A stretch of 61,653 nucleotides of DNA, the filler included. It is 7 parts of 7 records of this genome, joined end to end, with 100 filler letters (N's around TTAATTAATTAA, not from the genome) between each part and the next. Parts side by side here need not be neighbours in the genome. Positions count along the whole stretch, not along the records: positions 17,145 to 25,271 come from SRR31156797_4550; positions 25,372 to 34,728 come from SRR31156797_4582; 5 more parts are not named here. One strand, 5' to 3'. Every line of letters begins with the position of its first letter. Positions within the stretch are counted from its first letter, which is position 1. Both the position numbers and the translations under genes were made by a program. The notes under the pieces are model-generated. The model did no database searches. It saw only the letters and a program-made list of their open reading frames with translations, and was not told where the DNA came from. This document shows, piece by piece, positions 19,885 through 28,851 of the stretch.

Positions 19885-19957
19885 CGTAGGTTGGGTTGGC
19901 GTAGCGTAACCCAACAATTTCAACGTGTTGGGTTACGCTACGCTAACCCGGCCTACG
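19885..19957. repeat. Inverted REP doublet (REPIN-like)
   Basis: GTAGGTTGGGTTGGCGTAGCGTAACCCAAC at 19886-19915 and an inverted copy GTTGGGTTACGCTACGCTAACCCGGCCTAC at 19927-19956. Confidence 0.85.
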
Positions 19958-20349
19958 AAAAGAATGCCATAAAATATTTCTGGGCCATAACTCTAAAGTA
20001 TAGCTTGCATACTGTATCAACAAAGCTTACGGGATGTCTCCCGCCGTCGAACCAGGCTCTGTTTCTAAAAAGTATTTATCCGGTAATGTTTTGCCTGTCT
20101 TGTATAGGGAAAATATCGGAAAAATAAAATCCGGTCAAGTAAAAACGTAATCTATAAAAATTAATATTTTAAATTATTGTGTTAATGCTTATAGATAAGT
20201 ATTAAACGAATAACTCGTTAAACGATATCGAGAATTGTATTATACGAAATAACGGCTGCACCTGATCTCTTGATTTTCAATTCATCAATCTGACGAGGAC
20301 GTCTGCTTTTTTAAGCCCTGCTCAAGAAACGTTTCAGATGTTTCATTTA

Positions 20350-20364
20350 TGTTTCAATTGAACA
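20350..20364. promoter_or_regulatory. Candidate enhancer (UAS) for a sigma-54 activator
   Basis: Imperfect palindrome TGTTTCAATTGAACA within repeated GTTTCA units, about 145 bp upstream of the -24 box. Confidence 0.4.
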
Positions 20365-20506
20365 GTAAAATAATATATTGAAATAAAAGTAAAAATAATG
20401 TTATATGTTTCAAGCGATTCAACGGTGAGACATTAATGAATCTTTTCTCACAAACCGTAAAATGGTTGAAATTGAAAAAAATCAATAAAATCAGCCATGT
20501 AAAATA

Positions 20507-20522
20507 TTGGCCCGGTTATTGC
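20507..20522 (+). promoter_or_regulatory. Sigma-54 (-24/-12) promoter
   Basis: TTGGCCCGGTTATTGC matches TGGCACG-N4-TTGC with exact GG/GC spacing, about 55 bp before the nuoE-like start. Confidence 0.75.
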
Positions 20523-20575
20523 CTTATGTGGGGGAGCTTGAAAATTGATTGCTCATTTAATCTTGGGAGGAAAAT

Positions 20576-21037
20576 ATGAATAACAGACCGGTAGACATCG
20601 ATGAGATCCTCGATCGCTATCCTGGCGATCAGCGTCACCTCATCGCCCTGCTGCAGGACGTTCAGGCGGAATACGGATACATCTCCCCCGAAGCCATGCA
20701 ACTGGTATGCGACCATGTCGGCGCCACGTTGACCCAGGCCTATGCGGTTTCCACCTTTTACAAATCATTCAGCCTCGAACCCAGGGGCGAACACGAAATC
20801 AAGATCTGCCTCGGCACGGCCTGTCACCTCAAGGGCGGCCAGCGCCTCGCCGAAGGTCTTGAGCGCGATTTGGACATACCCATCGGGAAGACGGCGGAAG
20901 ATCTGTCCTATACTCTCGAGACGGTGAACTGTCTTGGAGCTTGTGCCTTGGCGCCTGTAGTAATGGTTGATGAAGACTACATCGGCGGGGCCACAAGTAA
21001 AAACGTCAACAAATTCTTGAAGAAACTCAATTCCTAG
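20576..21037 (+). CDS. NuoE/HydC-like [2Fe-2S] subunit
   Basis: LIALLQDVQAEYGYI, STFYKSF, CLGTACHLKG, CLGACALAP. Confidence 0.93.
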   Translation: MNNRPVDIDEILDRYPGDQRHLIALLQDVQAEYGYISPEAMQLVCDHVGATLTQAYAVSTFYKSFSLEPRGEHEIKICLGTACHLKGGQRLAEGLERDLDIPIGKTAEDLSYTLETVNCLGACALAPVVMVDEDYIGGATSKNVNKFLKKLNS

Positions 21038-21054
21038 TTCAGAGGAGGCCTTTA

Positions 21055-22917
21055 ATGGATCGATTAAACAACATGGAAGAGCTTAAGGCCTTACGGGAAA
21101 AGCTGATCGCGGAACGGGACGACTCGCGCCTCGTGGTTCGCGTCTGCGTCGGCCCCGGCTGTCTGGCCCAGGGCGCGGACAAGGTTGCACAAGCTTTTAA
21201 AACAGTTATAAAGGAAAAAGGTCTGGACGCCGAGGTTCAGCCTTTGGTTAAAGAAACCGGCTGCCATGGATTCTGTAAACAGGGACCGCTGGTCAATTTG
21301 GATCCTTCCGGACTTTTCTACGCGGCCGTCAAACCGGGCGACGTGGAAGAAATAGTTGAAACCACCCTGGTCAAGGGCGAAGCCGTTGAAAGACTGTTAT
21401 ACAGCGAAAACGGAACCCAGTACAAGACGGCTTCCGAAATACCTTTCTACAAGCTTCAAACAAAACTGGCCATGAGAAACCTGGGCGAGATAGACCCGCT
21501 TAACCTGGAAGACGCCCTGGCTGCCGGAGCTTATGAGGCTGCGGCCAAGGCATTGACATCCATGAGCGCGGATGAAGTCGTCAAGGAAGTTGAAACTTCC
21601 GGCATTAGAGGCCGCGGCGGCGCCGGCTTCCCCACCGGGCGTAAATGGCGTTCGGCCGTGCAGGCCATTTCCCGTCGTCCCGGACCTTCCTATATTGTCT
21701 GTAACGGCGACGAAGGCGACCCCGGAGCTTACATGGACCGGGCCATTATGGAAGGCGACCCGCACGCTGTTCTGGAAGGCATGCTTATCGGTGCTTATGC
21801 CATAGGTTCCCACCAGGGTTTTATTTACGTGCGCGCGGAATACCCGATTGCCATTAAAAACCTGGAACTGGCCATCAAACAGGCCCGCGAACTCGGGCTG
21901 CTCGGCGAAAATATCCTCGGAACCGGATTTGACTTCGAAATCCAGATCAACCGCGGGGCCGGCGCCTTTGTCTGCGGCGAATCCACGGCTTTGTTCACCT
22001 CAATAGAAGGACGGGCGGGAGAGCCCAGGGCCAAGTACATCCGGTCGGTCGAACGCGGCCTCTGGGGACGTCCCACGGTTCTCAACAATGTGGAAAGTCT
22101 GGTCAACCTGCCTCTTATCGTTAAAAATGGCGGAGAATGGTACGCCGGCATCGGCGCCAAGGGCAACACCGGCACCAAGGCTTTCTCCCTGGTCGGCAAG
22201 GTCAACAACGTCGGCCTGGTGGAAGTGCCCATGGGCGTTCCCCTGACCCGCATTGTCGAGGAAATCGGCGGCGGCGTGCCCGGCGGAGCCCCGTTCAAGG
22301 CTGTTCAGACCGGCGGCCCTTCAGGCGGATGCATCCCTTATGACCTTAAAGACACGGCCGTGGATTACGACAGCCTGAGTAAAGCCGGATCCATGATGGG
22401 TTCGGGCGGTATGATCGTCATGGACGACCGTGACTGCGTGGTTGACATATCCCGTTACTTTATCCGCTTTTTGGAAGAAGAATCATGCGGCAAATGCCTG
22501 CCTTGCCGGTTGGGGCTCAAGAGCATGCTCGAATACCTCGACCGTTTTGCTCGAGGCGAAGGATCGGCCGAAGATATTGACGAGTTGATAAGCCTGGCCG
22601 AAGCCATTCAGGACGGCGCCTTGTGCGCACTGGGCGGCAGCGCGCCGAACCCGGTTCTGACCACCTTGAAATACTTCAGGGAAGAATACCTGGCTCACAT
22701 AGAAGGTCAAAGATGCCCGGCCGGCGTCTGCAAGGATCTCATCACTTACCGGATCGACCCGGATAAATGCACCGGATGCATGATCTGCGCTCGAGAATGC
22801 CCGCAAAACTGCATTACGGGCGAAAAGAAAGAGCCGCATGTCATTGACAAGTCTCAATGCATCCGCTGCGGCGTCTGCATGGACGGCTGCAAATTTGATG
22901 CGGTCATCGTGGAATAA
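21055..22917 (+). CDS. NuoF/HydB-like FMN/NAD(H)-binding subunit with extra Fe-S domains
   Basis: N-terminal thioredoxin-like 2Fe-2S domain, GRGGAGFPTG, CNGDEGDPGAYMDR, GAFVCGESTAL, GGPSGG, CGKCLPCR, H...CPAGVC, C-terminal 2x[4Fe-4S]. Confidence 0.95.
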   Translation: MDRLNNMEELKALREKLIAERDDSRLVVRVCVGPGCLAQGADKVAQAFKTVIKEKGLDAEVQPLVKETGCHGFCKQGPLVNLDPSGLFYAAVKPGDVEEIVETTLVKGEAVERLLYSENGTQYKTASEIPFYKLQTKLAMRNLGEIDPLNLEDALAAGAYEAAAKALTSMSADEVVKEVETSGIRGRGGAGFPTGRKWRSAVQAISRRPGPSYIVCNGDEGDPGAYMDRAIMEGDPHAVLEGMLIGAYAIGSHQGFIYVRAEYPIAIKNLELAIKQARELGLLGENILGTGFDFEIQINRGAGAFVCGESTALFTSIEGRAGEPRAKYIRSVERGLWGRPTVLNNVESLVNLPLIVKNGGEWYAGIGAKGNTGTKAFSLVGKVNNVGLVEVPMGVPLTRIVEEIGGGVPGGAPFKAVQTGGPSGGCIPYDLKDTAVDYDSLSKAGSMMGSGGMIVMDDRDCVVDISRYFIRFLEEESCGKCLPCRLGLKSMLEYLDRFARGEGSAEDIDELISLAEAIQDGALCALGGSAPNPVLTTLKYFREEYLAHIEGQRCPAGVCKDLITYRIDPDKCTGCMICARECPQNCITGEKKEPHVIDKSQCIRCGVCMDGCKFDAVIVE

Positions 22918-22928
22918 GGAGGAATACT

Positions 22929-23570
22929 ATGAGTGCGGATCGCAATAAAGCGGAAAACAGCGGCATCAAGTTTACCATTGACGGCGTCGATGTTGTGGCC
23001 GAAGAAGGATGGACCGTTCTGGATACGGCCCGTCAGTACGGCATCAATATTCCCACGCTCTGCTACCACCCGGCGGTGGAAGCCAGCGGCGCCTGCCGGC
23101 TCTGCGTGGTCGAAGCCAAAGAAGGCAACTGGTCAAAAATAGTTATATCCTGCATGTATCCGCCATGGGAAGGCGTTGAAATTCTGACCAACAGCCCCCG
23201 GGTGCTCAACACGCGTAAATGGATCCTGGAAATGCTTTTGGCCGAATGCCCGGGATCGCCTGAAATCAAGAAACTCGCCGCCGAACACGGCGTGACTTCA
23301 ACTCGCTTCAGCATCAAGGACCCCGAGGAAAAATGTCTCCTGTGCGGCCTTTGCGTTAAAGTCTGCCAGGAAGTTGTCGGCGTCCAGGCAATATCATTCG
23401 GATCCAGGGGCACGAGCAAAATTGTAGCCACCCCCTATATGGTTCCCAACCAGGCCTGCATATCCTGCGGGTCCTGCCTGACGGTTTGTCCGACCGGCGC
23501 CATGCAGGATAGATTCGATCGCGTCCGGGGCGACATTTCCGAGCGTACCGGCCACGGCCACGCGCATTAA
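22929..23570 (+). CDS. NuoG/HydA N-terminal-like Fe-S subunit without a catalytic domain
   Basis: IPTLCYHP, GACRLCVVE, CLLCGLCVKVC, CISCGSCLTVCPTGA; only 213 aa. Confidence 0.9.
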   Translation: MSADRNKAENSGIKFTIDGVDVVAEEGWTVLDTARQYGINIPTLCYHPAVEASGACRLCVVEAKEGNWSKIVISCMYPPWEGVEILTNSPRVLNTRKWILEMLLAECPGSPEIKKLAAEHGVTSTRFSIKDPEEKCLLCGLCVKVCQEVVGVQAISFGSRGTSKIVATPYMVPNQACISCGSCLTVCPTGAMQDRFDRVRGDISERTGHGHAH

Positions 23571-23582
23571 GGGAGGAATAAA

Positions 23583-25271
23583 ATGAATAACAACCATAAG
23601 CCAAAAATCGGCGTTTTCATCTGTCAGTGCGGCGGCAAAATAGACGGCCCCGTAAATGTGGATATATTACAAGACAAGCTCGCAAACGATCCCCTGGTCG
23701 CCCATGCCCGGGTTCTTCCCTTTACCTGTGAAAAACCCGGGATGACTTCGGTGCGCCGGGATGTTCAGGAACACGGCCTTAACCGCGTAATCGTGGCCGG
23801 CTGTGAAAACCGCATCCTGCTTAAGAAATTTGAAAGCGAACTGCTCGACCTCGGTTTGGAGCAGGGGCAGATAGAAGTCGTCAACCTGCGCGACCACGTG
23901 GCCCAGGCCAACAACACGGGCGCGGATGAGCTGGCGGTCAAGGGCGCGAAAATCGTTTCCGCCGCGGCCGCGGCCATGAACACGCTCATTCCCACTCCGA
24001 GAGTCCCGGTCGATTTCACCGGTCCGGTCATGATTCTCGGCGGCGGAATCGCTACATATTCCGCGGCCCAGGAACTTGTGCGCAAGGGCATTGACACCAT
24101 CATTGCCGTGAACACCGAAGAACCGGAAGACGAAATCCGTATGCTCCACGAGCATTATCCCGGGGAGCGCCAGTTCCATGACCGGCTCATGGCCATGATG
24201 GAAGAAGTGCATAACAGCCCACACGTCCGGAAGATCACCGTGGGCGAATTGCATAAGGTCACGGGTCATGTGGGCGACTACCTGGTCACTTTTACATCCG
24301 ATGACGACCGGCCGCCCAAGGTTTATCAGTGCGGCGCCATAATCGCGGCCCTGGATGGACAGATGCTCAACCAGGGTTCGGATTTCGGTCACGACGGCGT
24401 CAGGGTCCTTTGCCATACGGAAATCGAGGAATACCTGTGGATGCACGGCGCGCCGAGTGGAAACGTGGTTTTCTGGATCAACGACCTGGAAACGCCCGGC
24501 CGCCCCTGGGCTTCCCTGTCGGCCCGCAGCGCCTGGAATATTGCCTGCTATATCAAGGAAAACCAGGTCGCGACCAGGATAAGCTTCCTGCACAATGAAA
24601 ATATGCAGGTTCCACTGAGCGCTGAAGAGCGGGTGCGCGCCCGGGAACTTGATATTCAGTGGGTGCCCTATGACAGCCGCATCCGGCCCACTGTTCAGTC
24701 CGGATACATCACCTACAACCATCCCGAAGATAATATCGAAGAAGAGATCGAATGGGATATGCTCTGCCTGTCTCCACTGCGGAGCACCGGTATTGAAGCG
24801 CCCCGTGTGGCTGAAATCCTGGGATTTGACGTGGAGGAAAACAGCTTCCTCGAACGCAACCCGCAAATGGTCAGGCCGGAACAGGTCGGGCAGGATGAGA
24901 AATTCCTGGCCGGTTCGGCCCGCAAACCCTGCGATCTGAGAGAAGCCTTGCGACAGGGCAGAAGGGCGGCGAATTCCGCGGCCGCACTGGTTGAAAAAGC
25001 CAAGGTCGGCGAACTTTACGCCCCGAGGATGGTTTGTATCGTGGATCAAAGCAAGTGCATCGGCTGCGGCCTGTGTAATGAAATCTGCGACTGCGGTGGA
25101 ATAGAACCTTTCGAAGGCAAGGGAGGAAACATCCCCCGCGCCGTGGATCCCATGGTCTGCACCGGCGGCGGCACCTGCGCGGCGGCCTGCCCCTACCATG
25201 CCCTGACCCTGCAGAACAACACCAACGACATGCGCGAGAACCGCGTGGCCCATTTGGTCAAATCGCTGGAT
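23583..25271 (+). CDS. Divergent HdrA-like Fe-S flavoprotein (3'-truncated by gap)
   Basis: IGVFICQCG, LNRVIVAGC, EVVNLR, ILGGGIA Rossmann start, FLAGSARKP, CIGCGLCNEIC, CTGGGTCAAACP. Confidence 0.85.
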
Positions 25272-25371
25272 NNNNNNNNNNNNNNNNNNNNNNNNNNNNN
25301 NNNNNNNNNNNNNNNTTAATTAATTAANNNNNNNNNNNNNNNNNNNNNNNNNNNNNNNNNNNNNNNNNNNN
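25272..25371. other. Artificial contig spacer
   Basis: N-run + TTAATTAATTAA + N-run. Confidence 0.99.
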
Positions 25372-25508
25372 CCCTTGTTCCAGGAGAAGGCCTGGTTCAG
25401 CCTTCTGGCGTTCTCTCTGATTCCCTTTTCGTCATAGAGGTGGAAGGGGGTAGGGTGCTCGGCCGTGACGGCCTGCAGCTGAGTCTTTGTCAGGAATGGT
25501 TTCTTCAT
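25372..25508 (-). CDS. lysA: Diaminopimelate decarboxylase, N-terminal fragment
   Basis: MKKPFLT...HPTPFHLYDEKGIRENARRLNQAFSWNKG; runs into the gap. Confidence 0.8.
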
Positions 25509-26200
25509 TTTATCTCTCCTCGTATCTTAATCAGTTCTATTTCATTGGTAAGCGATTCTTTCAGCAGCTCTACCAGATTCCTTTTCGTCGAGTAGAGGCA
25601 GCTGGAAGAGGCTTCTTTGATATCCCCCGTTATGACCCTGTGGGAGTCGGCGATCAGGCGGATCTCGTCTATCTTCTTCGCTCTGCGGTAGACCGTCGCA
25701 CCGGGCATGTCCAGGGCATCGTTTGTGATGATCACCACCTTCAGCCCGCTGCCGACGGCCGCCGCCAGATACTCCTCGAGCTCCCTGATAACCGCTCCGT
25801 GCAGGGAGAGGTAGATCCTCTTTTCGGCGCCGGCGATCATGGTGATCATCTTGTCCAGAATGTTCCGCCGCCCCCGGATCGTCAGATATCCCTCATACTC
25901 CTCTCTCCTGGCGGGCATGTTCCCGTAGACCGCCTCCGCCGTCTTTCCAAGTGACCGCAGCTTGTTGGAACAGAACTCCTTTGCCGGGACCGGAGAGTAG
26001 AGCTTCTTCTCTCCTTCAATCAGAGCGGCGGCTCCCTTTTCCGTCAGATTGGCCAGGGCCGTATAGGCGTTGGACCTCGATATGCCCGTCAGTTTGGAGA
26101 CCTCGTAACCCGTCAGGGCGCCCTCGGTATTGAGGGTCAGGTATATAGTGGCTTCCTGCTGGGTCAGTCCGAACTGCATCAGCGATTCGATTATCTGCAT
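25505..26200 (-). CDS. TrmB family transcriptional regulator
   Basis: LMQFGLTQQEATIYLTL, TGYEVSKLTGISRSNAYTALANLTEKG; stop overlaps the lysA start. Confidence 0.9.
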   Translation of the reverse strand: MQIIESLMQFGLTQQEATIYLTLNTEGALTGYEVSKLTGISRSNAYTALANLTEKGAAALIEGEKKLYSPVPAKEFCSNKLRSLGKTAEAVYGNMPARREEYEGYLTIRGRRNILDKMITMIAGAEKRIYLSLHGAVIRELEEYLAAAVGSGLKVVIITNDALDMPGATVYRRAKKIDEIRLIADSHRVITGDIKEASSSCLYSTKRNLVELLKESLTNEIELIKIRGEIK

Positions 26201-26327
26201 GGGTAACCTCTTTATTGGCTTATGGTGTTCCTGGTAAGGACTACTATATGTTAGGTGTGTCTAATTGTTAAGCAGGCAGAGGAAAAAAGTGGAGGGGCCG
26301 CTCGAATCCTCCGGATGCCCCTCTCTT

Positions 26328-26810
26328 TTAGCTCATGAGAAGGGAGAGCAACCTCTCCTTGAAGACCGCGTTATCCAGCTCTTTGCAGACCCTGGCGTTG
26401 GGTTTCTTTCCGCCGTATCTATCGGTCACGGCCAGCTTGTCTCCCGTACCCAGGATAACCATGCCGTAGGCCTCTTCCTCATGGATGCAGGTGTAGCAGT
26501 TACAGTCTTTCGCTTCGATGACGATATCCTCCCACAGGGCCACGCCCGTGGCGACCGCGTCGGGCAGGTCCACGATATGCTCCCCCGAGCGTTCCAGGTT
26601 GTAATCCAGCAGGGTCTTGTTGCACTCCACGCTGAAGCGGGCCAGATCCATCTCAATGAAAGAGACCTTGATGTCAGGTCCCAGATCCTGCTTGAGAGCG
26701 GCAATCGCCCTCTCCGATTTCTGCGGATTGCGGTTGAGCATAACCAGCTCCGCGCCCTTGCTCAGCAGCAGCCTGGACACCTGGTATCCGGCACCGGCAT
26801 TGGCTCCCGC
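26328..26810 (-). pseudogene. Chimeric relic: SDR N-terminal fragment fused in frame to a nucleoside hydrolase C-terminal fragment
   Basis: GANAGAGYQVSRLLLSKGAELVMLNRN...MDLA (SDR Rossmann start), then LPDAVATGVALW...GMVI...PNARVCKELDNAVFKERL (IU-nucleoside hydrolase C-terminus); no credible start. Confidence 0.65.
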
Positions 26811-27046
26811 AGGGCCGAAGGGCCTGCGGGATCTATAAGAACTGTAGCCATTCAGGAAAAGGCGGGCTCTGAACAAAAGTGGGAAAAGCTTATATTTTTC
26901 TGTTAATAGAGGAGCTTATGCATTCCTTGGAGGACCATACTCCAGTCATTGTCAATGAATCGCGGGAAAAACGTTTTATTATCAAACTGTGAGAATCGTC
27001 TTGAGCAGTCAGACATGATGATGTATGGTAGTCTTTAGGTATCCTT

Positions 27047-27769
27047 ATGAAAAGCAAACCCATGTATCTTAACGTCTATCGTGTTCTTGTTAAGAGAATC
27101 GAGGGCGGCGTATATAAAACCGATGATCTTCTCCCTCCCGAGCCTGTCCTGCAGGAAGAATTCAATGTCAGCAGAACCACAATCCGCAAGGCGATGGAGA
27201 TGCTGGCGAGGGACAGCTATGTCGTCATCAAGCAGGGAAAGGGCACGAAGGTTCTGGATCGCAAGTCCATGTCCCAGCAGCTGAACTATATCAGTTCTTT
27301 TTCAGAAACCCTCAGGAAAAAGGGGCTTGAGGTATCCAATCTGTCCATCGATTTTGAGACCGTGGAAGCCGATGCCAGGATGGCTGAGGAGCTGGAGATT
27401 GAGGCGGGGGATCAGGTCTATCTACTGAAACGGGTCGTGGCGGCGAACGGAAAGCCCATCGCCATCGTAAAGAACTATCTGATACCGAGATTCGTTCCCG
27501 GCCTGCCCAGCGACTATAGCGAGATTACCTCCCTGTACAAGTACCTCGAAATGAACTGGGGAATCAGCATCGAATCGGCTCTGGACAGGATCACCGCCAG
27601 GTCCGCGACCAGTGAAGAGGCCGGGATCCTGGGTCTGGAAGAGAAGGCCCCCCTTCTCATCGATCACAGGCTTACCAGAACGATGGGCACCCCTTTTGAG
27701 GTCGTCTACCTTATTATTGACGCGTCATCATACGAATTCAGCATTTTCATGAAGGGAAGGATTTCCTGA
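27047..27769 (+). CDS. GntR family regulator (HutC/UTRA subfamily)
   Basis: LPPEPVLQEEFNVSRTTIRKAM, QGKGT, SFSE, SLYKYLE; 240 aa. Confidence 0.93.
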   Translation: MKSKPMYLNVYRVLVKRIEGGVYKTDDLLPPEPVLQEEFNVSRTTIRKAMEMLARDSYVVIKQGKGTKVLDRKSMSQQLNYISSFSETLRKKGLEVSNLSIDFETVEADARMAEELEIEAGDQVYLLKRVVAANGKPIAIVKNYLIPRFVPGLPSDYSEITSLYKYLEMNWGISIESALDRITARSATSEEAGILGLEEKAPLLIDHRLTRTMGTPFEVVYLIIDASSYEFSIFMKGRIS

Positions 27770-27778
27770 TATTTTTAT

Positions 27779-27832
27779 TTGACAGATTAAACATCGTGAT
27801 GTTACGATGATAAACATAGTAATGATACAATG
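27779..27832 (+). promoter_or_regulatory. Sigma-70 promoter overlapped by tandem palindromic operators
   Basis: TTGACA at 27779 and TGtTACGAT extended -10 at 27800-27808; palindromes CATCGT-N6-ACGATG (27792-27809) and CATAGT-N6-ACAATG (27815-27832). Confidence 0.65.
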
Positions 27833-27933
27833 ATGATAGGCCTTGATAGGAGTCCCCTGCGGGAAAGAGGTCGCCAAGCCCAAATGCGTATTGCCGGAGG
27901 CGTCCGTTTCATCGGGTAGAAAGGAGCAAGTAA

Positions 27934-28707
27934 ATGGCAAGTCTGGAAATGTTCTCTCTTGAAGGAAAAAAGGGTTTTATTACGGGATCCGCCCAGGGAA
28001 TTGGAAAGTGTTTGGCTCTTCACTTTGCCAAATCCGGAGCGGAAGTGGCTATCGTTGATGTCAATCTGGATCTTGCGAAAAAGACGGCCGCCGAGATCTC
28101 AGAGGAGTGTGGCGTCAAGGTTCTGGCGTATCAGTGCGACGTCACGGATGTTCAGGATGTGTCCAGGATGATGGAGAGCTATGTAAAGGACTTCGGTTCC
28201 ATCGATTTCGCTATTAACAATGCCGGAATCGCCAGCTTCGAATCCGCTTTGGATATCACTCCCGAAACCTTCAGAAAGGTCATCGATATCAACCTTATCG
28301 GGGTGTTCAATACGGCAAAAGCCGCCGCCGAGCTGATGAAGTCCCAGGGAACGGGCGGGGCTATTGTCTCTACGGCATCCATGTCGGCCCATATTGTCAA
28401 TGTACCCCAGACCATCGCCAACTATTGCGCTTCCAAGGCCGGAGTCATCCAGCTTTCGAAAAGCCTGGCGGTGGAGTGGGCCCAATACGGTATCCGCGTG
28501 AATACGGTCAGCCCCGGATATATTCAGACCGAGCTGGTGGCCTCTCTCACGGATATGCTGCCCATATGGAAAGAGAAGATGCCCGAGGGGTCAAGACTCG
28601 GATACCCTGAGGATCTTGTGGGCGCCTACATCTATCTGGCAAGCGACGCTTCGAAATTCGCAACCGGAACGGATCTGATCGTAGACGGTGGCTATACCAT
28701 CCTCTAG
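27934..28707 (+). CDS. Short-chain dehydrogenase/reductase (sugar/polyol type)
   Basis: TGSAQGIG, NNAG, STASMS, YCASK, NTVSPG, VDGG. Confidence 0.93.
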   Translation: MASLEMFSLEGKKGFITGSAQGIGKCLALHFAKSGAEVAIVDVNLDLAKKTAAEISEECGVKVLAYQCDVTDVQDVSRMMESYVKDFGSIDFAINNAGIASFESALDITPETFRKVIDINLIGVFNTAKAAAELMKSQGTGGAIVSTASMSAHIVNVPQTIANYCASKAGVIQLSKSLAVEWAQYGIRVNTVSPGYIQTELVASLTDMLPIWKEKMPEGSRLGYPEDLVGAYIYLASDASKFATGTDLIVDGGYTIL

Positions 28708-28711
28708 GCTG

Positions 28712-28746
28712 ATGGCTCCGTCCTGAGTCCTTCGGGGCGGAGCCAT
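28712..28746 (+). terminator. Intercistronic stem-loop (terminator or mRNA stabiliser)
   Basis: ATGGCTCCGTCCTGA...TCGGGGCGGAGCCAT; no strong U-tract; a second hairpin follows around 28760-28794. Confidence 0.45.
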
Positions 28747-28851
28747 AGCTGATTCATTTCACTCGGACATCGCGATGGAGCGATGCCCTGAGTGTCAGCG
28801 GAACAATAGAAAATTTATATGATGTCTCTGTATAGTAAAGGAAGGATTAAC

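Noticed and set aside
19870..20127. 85-aa ORF MDELYRRLGWRSVTQQ
   Set aside because: Translation through the REP doublet; no coding evidence.
20433..20453. Rex operator upstream of the NADH-linked operon
   Set aside because: Half-site spacing and sequence do not fit TTGTGAA-N4-TTCACAA.
23667..25253. 528-aa minus-strand ORF
   Set aside because: Antisense shadow of the HdrA-like gene in GC-rich DNA; no recognisable motifs.
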